A stretch of 64,000 nt of DNA from Desulforegulaceae bacterium (GCA_034007295.1 JAVERC010000012.1:5329-69328), one strand, 5' to 3'; shown: positions 20,860 to 30,898, counted from the first letter of the stretch. Notes: a model not told the origin generated them from the letters alone. Translations and numbers: made by a program.

Positions 20860-23580
20860 ATGGCAGATCAGGAAAGAAAATTTTCATTTGTATCTCTTGG
20901 AATGCCAGGAGATACTTTTCAGGTAGTCAGATTTAAGGGTTCTGAAGGGCTTTCAACAGTATATAGTTTTGAAATTGAACTTATTTCAACCTACCATGAT
21001 CTCAGTCTTAATGAAGTAATAAGAAATCCTGCAAGATTTACAATTTTAAGAAAAGAAGGAAATATACCATTTAATGGTATTCTTATAGAATTTGAACAGC
21101 TTCACCAGGCAGATAAATATTCATTTTACAAAGCTGTACTTGTTCCAAAGCTCTGGTGGCTTTCTCAAACAATGCACAACCAGGTCTTTTTAAATAAATC
21201 TGTACCTGAAATTCTTGAATCCCTTTTAAAAGATGGCGGACTAAATGAAAATGATTTTGAAACAAAACTTCAAAATGATTATCCCAAAAGGGAATATGTC
21301 TGCCAGTACAAGGAAACCCACCTTAATTTTTTTGAAAGGTGGATGGAAAGAGAAGGAATTTATTATTTTTTTGAACAAACCTCAAGAGGAGAAAAAATAA
21401 TAATAACAGATACTGTTTTATCCCACTCATATATGAATGAAGGGAAAATTATGTATTACTCTCCCCCTTCAGGACTTGATTCAATTTCAAGAGAAGAAGT
21501 AGTAAAAAATTTTTCATGCCGGCAAAAACTTCTTCCTGCTTCATTAAGGCTTAAAGACTATAATTATAAAAAACCCTCAATAACCATGGAAGCACTTGCC
21601 CAGGTCTGTGAAGAAGGAAGAGGTGAAGTATATCTTTACGGAGAAAATTTTGAAACTCCAGACCAAGGTTTTTCACTTGCAAAAATAAGAGCACAAGAAC
21701 TTCAATGCAGGCAAAGAACATATCATGGAGAAAGTACAATACCCTTTATGAGGCCTGGATATATATTTGAACTGAAAAATCATTACAGAAATGAATTTAA
21801 TAACAAATACTTGAATATACAAATTTTTCATGAAGGCAACCAATCATCATTCTTACTGGCAGGCCTTTCTAAAGATCAGCTTTCTGAAAGGGAAAAAAGC
21901 CAGTATTATATAAATAATTTCACAGCCATTGAATCAGATATTCAGTTCAGGCCTGAAAGAAAAACTCCAAAACCAAAATTTTACGGAACCATAAATGCAA
22001 GAATTGATGCATCCGGATCAGGAGAATACGCAGAACTTGATGAAATGGGAAGATACAAAGTAGTTCTTCCATTTGATATGAGCGGAAGATATGGAGGAAA
22101 AGCATCAACCTGGCTTAGAATGATGCAGCCATATGCAGGAAGAAATCAAGGGATGCACTTTCCTCTTCACAAAGGAACAGAAGTACTTTTAACATTTATT
22201 GACGGAGATACAGACAGGCCAATAATAGCAGGTGCTGTTCCAAACCCTGAAACATCAAGCCCTGTAACAAGTGAAAATCAGACAAAATCAATTATAAAAA
22301 CCGGAAGAAACATACCTGACAGCACTGTTGGAGCAGCCTCATGGCAGACAGGAATATTTAATTATCTTTCAGACAACTTTATTGAAATTGACGATAAAAA
22401 AGATGAAGAAAAAATAAGAATTCATTCACCAAAAGATATATGGATAGAATCAGAAAGATATGCTGATTATGATACTGGAGGCCCTAAAACTGAAACAGAT
22501 GTTCCAAAAGACATAAAATACTTATGGAAAAAATTCTACTCAGAATCTCCGGATTTTAATCCCACCGGAATGAAACTCTATAATTACGGCAGCGAATCTG
22601 CAATTGCCTCAGAGACAGATATAGAATCATTTAAAAAACTGGCTGAAAAAGGAAAAGTTGAATTAAGTAAAGGCGATACATTTGCAATCCAGGAAGGCAA
22701 TATTTATGATTTTCGAGGCTATTGGGAATATAACCTTGGAAGCAGTTATGAAGAAACCCATATGTCTCAGAAAGCAGAACTTAACAGCAAGAACCTTCCA
22801 AATGACATGGCAAATACCGGAGGCCCTTATTATTCAAGTATTAAGCACCTTGATGCAAGTTCACAAAGAAATGTATGGGTTAGCAAAACAATAAAAGGAT
22901 CTTCCTATGACTATTTTACTGAAGTTCATTCACTTGAAGTCAAAGATGACTGCATTTCCCATGATTACAGATACGGTGGAAGAGTAGAAGAATACAAATA
23001 TACTGCTGACGAAATTCTTACATATGAAATGCAAAATGAAGCAGGAGAAACCTGGGAAAAAAAATATACAAGATTAGAAGGCACAAAAATATTGGAAACC
23101 TGGTCACTTGATGCAGAGTCTTCTGAAAAAAAATATGACAGAAATACCGGTGATTTGATTTCATTTAAAACTTCATCAAATCAAGGCGGAGGCCTTGCAG
23201 AATTTGATTTTTCATTTTGTGCAAAGGCAGCAGCAACAATTAAATTGGGCTTTTCTGCATGTTTTTCACTCACATTAAATGCAGACCTAAACATTCAGAC
23301 AGGTGCAGGAATCGGGCTTAACCTTGATTTAAGGCTTGGCGGTACATTTGCTTTAAAACCAAGCGGAGGACTTAAATTTGACGGAGTAGGATTTACCGCA
23401 CGAAAAAGAGCTTTGCTCGATGCACAAAAGGCAGCTCTTGAGGCAAGGCAGGCTGAAGCAAGAATAAGCCAAATGCTTGTTGATATAAGAAACAACAATG
23501 CTGAAATAAAAAAATGTATGGCTTCGGTTAAAAAAACAGAAGTACATATTCATAGTTCACTCACAGTAGTATTTTTTTAA
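20860..23580 (+). CDS. vgrG: T6SS spike protein VgrG (TssI) with long C-terminal extension
   Basis: 906 aa. FQVVRFKGSEGLSTVYSFEIELIS (gp27-like start) and HFPLHKGTEVLLTFIDGDTDRPIIAGAVPN (gp5 OB-fold block at about aa 430-460), followed by about 440 further residues. Confidence 0.9.
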   Translation: MADQERKFSFVSLGMPGDTFQVVRFKGSEGLSTVYSFEIELISTYHDLSLNEVIRNPARFTILRKEGNIPFNGILIEFEQLHQADKYSFYKAVLVPKLWWLSQTMHNQVFLNKSVPEILESLLKDGGLNENDFETKLQNDYPKREYVCQYKETHLNFFERWMEREGIYYFFEQTSRGEKIIITDTVLSHSYMNEGKIMYYSPPSGLDSISREEVVKNFSCRQKLLPASLRLKDYNYKKPSITMEALAQVCEEGRGEVYLYGENFETPDQGFSLAKIRAQELQCRQRTYHGESTIPFMRPGYIFELKNHYRNEFNNKYLNIQIFHEGNQSSFLLAGLSKDQLSEREKSQYYINNFTAIESDIQFRPERKTPKPKFYGTINARIDASGSGEYAELDEMGRYKVVLPFDMSGRYGGKASTWLRMMQPYAGRNQGMHFPLHKGTEVLLTFIDGDTDRPIIAGAVPNPETSSPVTSENQTKSIIKTGRNIPDSTVGAASWQTGIFNYLSDNFIEIDDKKDEEKIRIHSPKDIWIESERYADYDTGGPKTETDVPKDIKYLWKKFYSESPDFNPTGMKLYNYGSESAIASETDIESFKKLAEKGKVELSKGDTFAIQEGNIYDFRGYWEYNLGSSYEETHMSQKAELNSKNLPNDMANTGGPYYSSIKHLDASSQRNVWVSKTIKGSSYDYFTEVHSLEVKDDCISHDYRYGGRVEEYKYTADEILTYEMQNEAGETWEKKYTRLEGTKILETWSLDAESSEKKYDRNTGDLISFKTSSNQGGGLAEFDFSFCAKAAATIKLGFSACFSLTLNADLNIQTGAGIGLNLDLRLGGTFALKPSGGLKFDGVGFTARKRALLDAQKAALEARQAEARISQMLVDIRNNNAEIKKCMASVKKTEVHIHSSLTVVFF

Positions 23581-23594
23581 TTTCAGGATTTGAA

Positions 23595-26543
23595 ATGAAA
23601 ATAATAAGACCTTTGCAAATAAGTATAAATAATCAGGTAATTGAACAAGACCGTAAATTTTATTTAACCCTGTCCTTAAACCTTGGAATTAATTTAACCA
23701 CAGGTGAAGAACTTTTAGACATTTTTTATCTAAAAGATATTTTTGATACAATGGGTGAAACTCCTATTCCAGATACTGGAATGCCAAAACCAAATGGTGA
23801 GTTCCTTGTTTCAGGCAGTTATTTTTCACCGGATAATAAAAAAATCAAAGGCGGTGAAGTAAAGGTAAAAATTGAAAATATAAAAAAAAATCTTTATGTT
23901 TTCGGCCGGAGAAAATGGGAAGGAAACATTATATCTGAACCCCTTGAAATTGAATCTTGTCCAATAGATTATAAATATTCATTTGGAGGTAAAAATTTTC
24001 AAAAAAATCCTGATGGAATCGGATTTAATGACGGCCTTCTCCCATGTATTGAATACCCTGAAAAACTTATTACCTCAAAAAATGAATTTCCTGAACCTGC
24101 AGGATTTGGGCCTCTTCAACCCATGCATCCAGATAGAATGAAATACCATGGAACATATGACAAAGATTACAAAATTAAATTTTATCCAGGATATCCAGAT
24201 GACCATAACTGGAAATTTTTTCTCTGTGCACCAAAAGATCAATGGATACAGGGCTTTTTTAAAGGAAATGAATACTTTGAAATTCACAATATGCACCCTG
24301 AATTTCCTCTTATAAAAGGCAGTCTTCCAGGGCTTTATCCAAGATGCTTTATAAATAAAAATAACAATTTTTCTGAGCTTTCTTTAAACCTTGATACAGT
24401 ATGGTTTTTCCCTGAAAAAAATTTGGGGCTTCTTATTTTCAGGGGGGTTATTGAAGTTGAAGATGATGAGGCTGATTCAGTTGATGAAATTTTATGTTCA
24501 TATGAGAATATGGCAGATAAACCAAAAACACAAAATTATTATATGAACGCACTCAGACTAAGAAAAGATAACAATGATGAGTTCCTCAACAACCTGAAAA
24601 CAAAAGATCTTATTCCTGAGGGCCATAAATCTGCAATGGAAATTCTTTTGTCAAATGTTTCAAACTCACAGGAAACAAGTGAATTTGGGAAAAATATGGA
24701 TGCCAAATTTATTGGAATTCAAAAAAAGGCAGAGGAAAAAACCCATGAAATAATAAATAATATTGATTTAAATTTAAATGACCATGATTATGAAAACCTC
24801 CCTGAAAATTTTAAAAAAGACAAATTTGATATTAAAAATTTAATGTCAAAACCATCAGACTCACAAACTGATCCTGATGTTGAAAAATTAAATAAAGAAT
24901 TAAACTCCCTTATTCCAGGAATTGTGAAAGGAGACAAAAACAAACTTGATCTTTCAGAGTTTTCCTTTGAAAAACTTGACAAAATTTTTGAAGCACTAGA
25001 TGAACTTAGCGAAAAAAAACAAAGCCAGGCAAAAACCATTGCAAAAAATGAAGTATTAAAAACAAAAACAAGCATTAACGATCAGATTAAAATCTTGGAA
25101 AATGAAATAAAAAAAATAAAAGAATCTGATTTTAACACAGATAATATTGCTAAACTTGAAGAATCAAAAGAAAAAATAAAACAAACACTTAATGCTTTAA
25201 ATGAAATAGATTTTGACAAAAAAGAAAAATCCGTCCTTCCAAGATTTAATTCAAAAAACATAATTGAACAGATAAAAAAATCATCTGCACTTACAGACCC
25301 TCTTATAAATGAGGCATATCAGCATTTAGAATTTATGAAAATTGCAGAATCTGATCCTGAACAAATAAAAAAAATGGAAGAAAATATACTTAAATCAATT
25401 AATTCAGCAAATGAACAAAGCAAGCTTTCCATTAAAAATTCAAATATTCTTATTGAGCAGGGAGAAATTGATTTTAAAGAAACATATCTCATGACAGCTC
25501 ATTTCATGGATGAGGGTCTTTCTCCCCACAAAAAAAGCATTGAGGAAGTAAAAGAAACATTTCTAAAAAATTTTCTTGAAGGCAGAAAAGTTTCAGAATC
25601 AGACCTTGCTTGTATTAGCCTTGAAGGTGCAAATCTTGATGGAATTGACCTTTCAGGGTCATATCTTGAACAGGTAAATTTCAAAAATGCAAGCCTTAAA
25701 GGTGCAAATTTATCAAAGGCAATTATTTCAAGAGCTGTACTTGAAAATGCAGATTTTACAGGTGCAGATTTTACAGGTGCAAATATTGGCGGAGTAAAGG
25801 CAAAAGGAACAAAGTTTACTAATGCTGATTTAAGTTCTGCAAAGCTTTCAAAAGGTGATTTCACAGCAGCTGACTTTTCCTTTGCAAATCTTGAAAATGC
25901 AGAAACTCTAGAAATAAAAATCGACAATGCAAAATTTATCCATACAAAAATGCTAAACCAGAACTTTATCGAAACAAATATTTCAAATGCATGTTTTACT
26001 GATGCAAATCTTGAAAAATCAGTTTTTTTAAAATCAAATTTAAAAGGCTGCGACTTTACAGGTGCAATTATGAATAATTGTGCATTTATAAATACTTTAA
26101 TAAATAAATGCTCTTTTACAAATGCCAATCTTTCAAAAACCTGTTTTTCTGTTGTTGAAGAAATGAATTTAGAAACTTTAGATCTTAAATTTAATGGTGC
26201 AAAAATTATGCAGTCAAGCTTTCAAAACTTTAATCTTTCAGGTGCAGACTTTTCAAATTCAAATCTTGAAAATGCATTTTTTGGAAGCTCAAATCTTTCA
26301 AACTCTTGCTTTAAAAACAGTTTTGCAAAAAACACTCAATTTAGAAAATCAAATCTTATTAACGCAGACTTAGACAATATCAATCTTGAAATGGGCTCTC
26401 TTGCAAAAGCCAATCTTTTTAATGCCTCTTTTAAAAATGCCAATCTTTTTTCAGTGGATTTTTTAAGGGCAAATATTTCTGAAACTGATTTTTCAGGTGC
26501 AAACCTTGAAAATACGCTGATTGAAAACTGGAGACCTAAATAA
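23595..26543 (+). CDS. DUF2169-like N-terminal domain fused to a coiled-coil region and a pentapeptide-repeat domain
   Basis: 982 aa. The N-terminal ~320 aa is called DUF2169-like from position after vgrG and blocks such as FPEKNLGLLIFRGVIEV. A K/E-rich middle follows. The C-terminal ~340 aa are A(D/N)LxX pentapeptides (ANLDGIDLSGSYLEQVNFKNASLKGANLSKA...). Confidence 0.7.
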   Translation: MKIIRPLQISINNQVIEQDRKFYLTLSLNLGINLTTGEELLDIFYLKDIFDTMGETPIPDTGMPKPNGEFLVSGSYFSPDNKKIKGGEVKVKIENIKKNLYVFGRRKWEGNIISEPLEIESCPIDYKYSFGGKNFQKNPDGIGFNDGLLPCIEYPEKLITSKNEFPEPAGFGPLQPMHPDRMKYHGTYDKDYKIKFYPGYPDDHNWKFFLCAPKDQWIQGFFKGNEYFEIHNMHPEFPLIKGSLPGLYPRCFINKNNNFSELSLNLDTVWFFPEKNLGLLIFRGVIEVEDDEADSVDEILCSYENMADKPKTQNYYMNALRLRKDNNDEFLNNLKTKDLIPEGHKSAMEILLSNVSNSQETSEFGKNMDAKFIGIQKKAEEKTHEIINNIDLNLNDHDYENLPENFKKDKFDIKNLMSKPSDSQTDPDVEKLNKELNSLIPGIVKGDKNKLDLSEFSFEKLDKIFEALDELSEKKQSQAKTIAKNEVLKTKTSINDQIKILENEIKKIKESDFNTDNIAKLEESKEKIKQTLNALNEIDFDKKEKSVLPRFNSKNIIEQIKKSSALTDPLINEAYQHLEFMKIAESDPEQIKKMEENILKSINSANEQSKLSIKNSNILIEQGEIDFKETYLMTAHFMDEGLSPHKKSIEEVKETFLKNFLEGRKVSESDLACISLEGANLDGIDLSGSYLEQVNFKNASLKGANLSKAIISRAVLENADFTGADFTGANIGGVKAKGTKFTNADLSSAKLSKGDFTAADFSFANLENAETLEIKIDNAKFIHTKMLNQNFIETNISNACFTDANLEKSVFLKSNLKGCDFTGAIMNNCAFINTLINKCSFTNANLSKTCFSVVEEMNLETLDLKFNGAKIMQSSFQNFNLSGADFSNSNLENAFFGSSNLSNSCFKNSFAKNTQFRKSNLINADLDNINLEMGSLAKANLFNASFKNANLFSVDFLRANISETDFSGANLENTLIENWRPK

Positions 26544-27610
26544 TGAATAATATTTTATCAGGTGAAGAGCTTTCTTTTCAGGTTAAATCGGGTGAATATT
26601 TTTATAAAAATGATTTTTCAGGGCTTGATTTAAAAAATGCTGATTTATCAGGAGGAATTTTTATTGAAGTAATATTTGACGGGTCAGATTTTTCAAATTC
26701 AAACCTAAAAGAAGCTGTATTTAATAAATGCTCAATCAAAAATGCCTGTTTTTCAATGGCTGTTCTTGATGAAACAAACTTTATCGGCACAAATCTATTA
26801 AATTCTGATTTTAATAATACAGGTTTTAATTTTACAAAATTTATTAATTGTAAAATTGAATTTTGTAATTTTTCAAATGCTCTAATAAAAGATGTAACAA
26901 CATTTTTAGACTCAAATTTAAATAATTCTGTTTTTAAAAAAACAAAAATTGATGAATCAGTATTTAGTTCATGCAATATGGAAAATATTGATTTTTCTCT
27001 GTCAGATATTTTTAAAACATCCTTTATAGGATGCAGTTTTAAATCAAATAATTTCCGGAATTCAAAAATAAACCTGAGTTTTTTTAAAGATGCAGATCTG
27101 TCGCAAACAGACTTTTCCAATATGGACCTTACACAAATTCAGTTTCATGAAACAAAACTTTCAGGATGTGATTTTTCTGGCTCAAAAATTAAATACGGCG
27201 GATTTATGTGGGCAAAGCTTCAAAATTCAAATTTTAACAACACATACCTTGAACTTGCAAATTTTTTTGAAGCAAAGCTTGATGATTCAAGTTTCATCAG
27301 TGCAGATTTAAAGGCTGCAAGCCTTCAGGGTGCAGAAATAAACCATTGTAATTTTACTGGTGCAAATTTATATCAGGCTCAAATGGAAAAAGTTTGTGCA
27401 AGTGATTCTATATTTAAAAATTCAGATTTTACCTTTGCAGATCTTTCAAACTCAAATCTTTCAGACTCAAACTTTTCCAATACAAATCTTTATCTTACAA
27501 ATCTTCATAACATAATCGAAAAAAACACATGGTGGTCGGGTTCAAGTAAAAATTTTTCAAGGGGAACAGACCTTAAAAGGCTTAAATCTGAAAACTGGGG
27601 GGACAAATGA
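26543..27610 (+). CDS. Pentapeptide-repeat protein
   Basis: 355 aa, almost entirely pentapeptide repeats (DLKNADLSGGIFIEVIFDGSDFSNSNLKEAVFNKCSIKNACF...). ATAATG overlap with the upstream gene. Confidence 0.85.
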   Translation: MNNILSGEELSFQVKSGEYFYKNDFSGLDLKNADLSGGIFIEVIFDGSDFSNSNLKEAVFNKCSIKNACFSMAVLDETNFIGTNLLNSDFNNTGFNFTKFINCKIEFCNFSNALIKDVTTFLDSNLNNSVFKKTKIDESVFSSCNMENIDFSLSDIFKTSFIGCSFKSNNFRNSKINLSFFKDADLSQTDFSNMDLTQIQFHETKLSGCDFSGSKIKYGGFMWAKLQNSNFNNTYLELANFFEAKLDDSSFISADLKAASLQGAEINHCNFTGANLYQAQMEKVCASDSIFKNSDFTFADLSNSNLSDSNFSNTNLYLTNLHNIIEKNTWWSGSSKNFSRGTDLKRLKSENWGDK

Positions 27611-28266
27611 ATAAACTTGCAAAAAACATAATTCCAATAAAAAATAATTTTGAAGCAAATTTTGAAAAAGGCATTGTAATTTCGGGGAAAAATGAAGATT
27701 TTATTGTTGATTTAAGCGGAAAAAAATCTAATGCAAAAAAAACTTTTTCGTGTTTAATAGAGCCTGAAATAAATGATGTTGTTTTATGTATAAAAGATAT
27801 GGAAAACAAGGTCTATATTCTTTCAATACTTAAAAGGCCTGAAAATAAAAAAACAAATATTTCATTTGCCTCAGATACACAAATTACCTGCCAATTAGGA
27901 AATTTTAATATAACTTCCAATGAAAACCTCTCATTTGCATCAAAAGATATTGGCATAATATCAAAGTCCATTGTTCATAAAAGCAATGAAGCAATTATTT
28001 CATATGAAAATATTACAGCTTCTGGAAATGAAATTAACGCCGCATATAAAACAGTAAGACTCATAAGTGAACTGATAAATACAATGGCAAAACAGGTAAT
28101 TGACAAATTTAAGGGTTACATAAGAAATACTGAAGAAAACGATATGGTAAATTGCGGGCAGATGACAAGAAAAGCAAAGGGAGTTTATTGTCTTGACTCA
28201 GATCATACAATAATGAACAGTAAAAAAACCACTAAAATTGACGGCGATAAAATTCTTATGGGTTAA
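27607..28266 (+). CDS. DUF3540-like protein
   Basis: 219 aa. Called mainly from the conserved DUF2169 / pentapeptide / DUF3540 / DUF4150 neighbourhood and the block KKTFSCLIEPEINDVVLCI...VYILSILKR. ATGA overlap with the upstream gene. Confidence 0.55.
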   Translation: MNKLAKNIIPIKNNFEANFEKGIVISGKNEDFIVDLSGKKSNAKKTFSCLIEPEINDVVLCIKDMENKVYILSILKRPENKKTNISFASDTQITCQLGNFNITSNENLSFASKDIGIISKSIVHKSNEAIISYENITASGNEINAAYKTVRLISELINTMAKQVIDKFKGYIRNTEENDMVNCGQMTRKAKGVYCLDSDHTIMNSKKTTKIDGDKILMG

Positions 28267-28281
28267 AAACGGAGACATACA

Positions 28282-28566
28282 ATGACAGATGAAAAAGAAT
28301 CAAATGAAAAATTTGCTAATATAAGGTTTCATGTATCACCTGAACTTGAATATGTATATAGAGATATATTTAATGTTTATGCAGGATCTGGAGATGTTGT
28401 AATTGAGTTTGGAAACCACCATAAATCAATGCCGGAACATGCGAGCATCTCAAATAGAATTGTGATGACTACAGGAAACGCATATCTTCTTGTACAGACA
28501 TTACAAAAAGCTTTACAGGATGCTCAGGCAGCACTCCAGCATAAAATGGCAAACCAGAAAAAATAG
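28282..28566 (+). CDS. Small protein, DUF3467-like
   Basis: 94 aa. VYRDIFNVYAGSGDVVIEFGN....ISNRIVMTTGNAYLLVQTLQKAL resembles my recollection of the DUF3467 pattern (Y.N...v....eF.ldFg ... v.riv.sp..ak.L...L). Confidence 0.4.
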   Translation: MTDEKESNEKFANIRFHVSPELEYVYRDIFNVYAGSGDVVIEFGNHHKSMPEHASISNRIVMTTGNAYLLVQTLQKALQDAQAALQHKMANQKK

Positions 28567-28577
28567 AAAGGATACAA

Positions 28578-28976
28578 ATGTTTGCAAACACCTCTTTACC
28601 CGGAATGGATTTCGCCTTTCCGGATGTATGCAGAACTCCTGCACCTGTTGGAATGCTTCCCATTCCATATCCAAATTTTTCAATGAGGCCAATGGCTCTC
28701 CCACCAACGACTTCAATCAAGCATTTGATAATGTTCATGCCATCTCATAATATGGCAACAACAATTCCAACAAGCAATGGAGACAATGCAGGTGTTATGG
28801 GCGGCATGGTATCACAAATAATGATGGGGCCTGTAAGGAATGTCAGGTGCAGCATGAAAGTTATAACCGGAGGAACTCCTGCAACAAGAATGCTTGACAA
28901 TACAATGCATAATCTTTCAAACGCATGCGGAATGACTCTTGTTCCAGGTCAGTTTAAGGTGATTTATTTGTCATGA
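28578..28976 (+). CDS. PAAR-like DUF4150 spike-cap protein (no toxin extension)
   Basis: 132 aa. FAFPDVCRTPAPVGMLPIPYPNFS is the DUF4150 hallmark (FPDVCxTP...PiPYPN). GGAT RBS region. Confidence 0.8.
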   Translation: MFANTSLPGMDFAFPDVCRTPAPVGMLPIPYPNFSMRPMALPPTTSIKHLIMFMPSHNMATTIPTSNGDNAGVMGGMVSQIMMGPVRNVRCSMKVITGGTPATRMLDNTMHNLSNACGMTLVPGQFKVIYLS

Positions 28977-30112
28977 ATAATTTTAAAAAAAGTTTTATAA
29001 AATTTTTAAAAAAACCAAATTTAATTTTTTTTATCTGCATTTTATGTTTTGGATGTGCATCAAAACAAAATTTTGAAAATATAAATCTTTGCATTGACAC
29101 AAAAAACTATGAGCAGGCAAATATTGAAGAATTTAAAAAAATCCTTAACAAAAAAGCTTCTGAAAAATTTTTTAAAAAATATAAAGGTGTGTCTGCAAAT
29201 GAAATAGTTTTTGTTAATAAAAAATACTATAATACTGAAAAACTTGACAAACTTTGTATTGAGGCAAAAATAGGGCTAAAAAACAGCAGTTTCAAAAAAA
29301 AGAATGAAAAAATTAAAATTAAAAATTTCTGCCTTAATTCAAAGGATACAAAACTTGGGGATATTAAAGATTACCTGTCAAAAGAGGCTCTAAAAACTGA
29401 AATTTATTCAAAATATCCTGAATTTAAAAATAAAGATTATCAAATCATAGAAAAAAACATTTCAAACTTAAAAATTTCAAATCCTTCTTTTGATTTTAAG
29501 ACAAATATGTCCTGCATAAATTTAAAGGCTGATTTTTACCCTGAGGGGGTTATTCTATCAGATAAAAAACAAAATAATAATTTTGGATTTGTTGAAGATT
29601 TCAAAGGTTTCAAGCCTGGAGACAAACCTGAAATATATGGTAAAAATCTTGTAATTCAGCAGACAAACGAGGGCCCTGGACTTACTACTCTTTCAAAAAA
29701 TAAAGCAATTGCTGAATTTATTGGAGGAAATTTAAATTCTGGAGAAATAAAAATCTCAATAATCCATAAAAATGAAGAATCTATAATTAAAAAAGAAAAA
29801 TTTATCACTTTTTTATCTCTTGAATTTTTAAATAAAAAAAAAGACATTATTGAAATTTTATTCAAAAAAGATAAGTATAATTTACTTATTTCTGATTTTA
29901 AAATCGGAAAAACCAGGCTCAAAAATATTAAAGTATTATTTGCAAAAAATTTTAATGAAATAAAACTTGTTAAATCAGGCATGGAAATAAAAATTTTTTT
30001 TAACGGCAAATATACGGGTTCTTTTTATCCATCAGGAACTTTGATTGAAAAAATAAGTATACCTGTTTCACAAGATATAATAGTGTGTGGAATAGAAGTC
30101 AGTGAAAAATAA
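28973..30112 (+). CDS. Putative lipoprotein, unknown function (last gene of the vgrG cargo operon)
   Basis: 379 aa. N-terminal signal with candidate lipobox (ILCFGCASKQ). ATGA overlap with the PAAR-like gene. K/N-rich with no recognised domain. Confidence 0.5.
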   Translation: MNNFKKSFIKFLKKPNLIFFICILCFGCASKQNFENINLCIDTKNYEQANIEEFKKILNKKASEKFFKKYKGVSANEIVFVNKKYYNTEKLDKLCIEAKIGLKNSSFKKKNEKIKIKNFCLNSKDTKLGDIKDYLSKEALKTEIYSKYPEFKNKDYQIIEKNISNLKISNPSFDFKTNMSCINLKADFYPEGVILSDKKQNNNFGFVEDFKGFKPGDKPEIYGKNLVIQQTNEGPGLTTLSKNKAIAEFIGGNLNSGEIKISIIHKNEESIIKKEKFITFLSLEFLNKKKDIIEILFKKDKYNLLISDFKIGKTRLKNIKVLFAKNFNEIKLVKSGMEIKIFFNGKYTGSFYPSGTLIEKISIPVSQDIIVCGIEVSEK

Positions 30113-30140
30113 TTTTTAACTCAAACCAGTGGGAATAATA

Positions 30141-30473
30141 ATGAAATTTGAAACTCTTAAAGTAAAAAATTTTAATGTAATTAAGGTATTTGGCAGAATG
30201 GATGCATCTAATGCCTCTCTTTTTGAAGAAGAAGTTAAAAAAATGCTTGACCAGGGAAACAAATTTGTAATAGCTGACCTTGAAAATCTTGAATATATAA
30301 GCAGTGCAGGACTCAGAAGCATACTTTCAGCAGGAAAACTTATAAAAGCAGAAAACGGAAGTTTAAGGCTCAGCTCTTTAAACGGTATAGTTCTGGAAGT
30401 TTTTGAAATTTCCGGGTTTGATGCAATTTTTCAAATTTATGAATCAATAGAGGAAGCTGTTGAACAATCATGA
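30141..30473 (+). CDS. STAS-domain anti-sigma-factor antagonist (SpoIIAA/RsbV-like)
   Basis: About 110 aa. VFGRMDASNASLFEEEV...LENLEYISSAGLRSIL is the STAS pattern with the phosphorylatable Ser in the ISSAGL context. Start placed at ATG 30141. Confidence 0.85.
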   Translation: MKFETLKVKNFNVIKVFGRMDASNASLFEEEVKKMLDQGNKFVIADLENLEYISSAGLRSILSAGKLIKAENGSLRLSSLNGIVLEVFEISGFDAIFQIYESIEEAVEQS

Positions 30474-30882
30474 TAATTTTATAAATATCTGTGTGCCTGG
30501 AAAAAGAGAAAACCTTGAATATATAAGAGATGAGATTTTAAAGTCATTTTCTTTTTTTTCACAAAACAAAAAAACTCTTTCAAGACTTGAGCTTGTTTTA
30601 GAAGAGGTTGTTTTAAATATATGCGATTATGCCTATAAAAATATTGAAGGCATGATTGAAATAAAGACATACACAAAAGAAAAAAATTTTTATATCCAGA
30701 TAAAAGACACCGGCAATTATTTTAATCTTCTTGAATTTGATGAACCAGATACACAAAGCTTAATTGAAGACAGACAAATAGGCGGACTTGGAATTCATTT
30801 TATCAAAAATTTTACAAGTTCAATTATGTACAAAAGAGAAGATAATAAAAATATTTTAGAATTTTCAGTTGATTTAACCTAA
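30460..30882 (+). CDS. Anti-sigma regulatory Ser/Thr kinase (SpoIIAB/RsbW-like, HATPase_c)
   Basis: 140 aa. LVLEEVVLNICDYAY (N-box-like) and IGGLGIHFIKNF (G-box). Overlaps the 3' end of the STAS gene. Confidence 0.75.
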   Translation: MNNHDNFINICVPGKRENLEYIRDEILKSFSFFSQNKKTLSRLELVLEEVVLNICDYAYKNIEGMIEIKTYTKEKNFYIQIKDTGNYFNLLEFDEPDTQSLIEDRQIGGLGIHFIKNFTSSIMYKREDNKNILEFSVDLT

Positions 30883-30898
30883 ATCTTAAGGCAGAAAA

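Noticed and set aside
25499-27120. Two long antisense ORFs (25499-26128 and 26602-27120) within the pentapeptide-repeat genes
   Set aside because: The repetitive A(D/N)LxX coding sequence lacks stops on the opposite strand. The sense frames give canonical pentapeptide repeats and sit in an overlapping operon.
25600-27500. Periodic DNA in the pentapeptide genes considered as a CRISPR or tandem-repeat array
   Set aside because: The periodicity is 15 nt at the protein-motif level only. There are no identical 25-40-nt repeats separated by unique spacers.
28469-28750. Three overlapping 67-89-aa ORFs on both strands around the DUF3467-like / PAAR-like junction
   Set aside because: They occur in a locally GC-richer stretch where off-frame stops are rare. 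The DUF4150 frame has a clear family signature and operon-consistent start.
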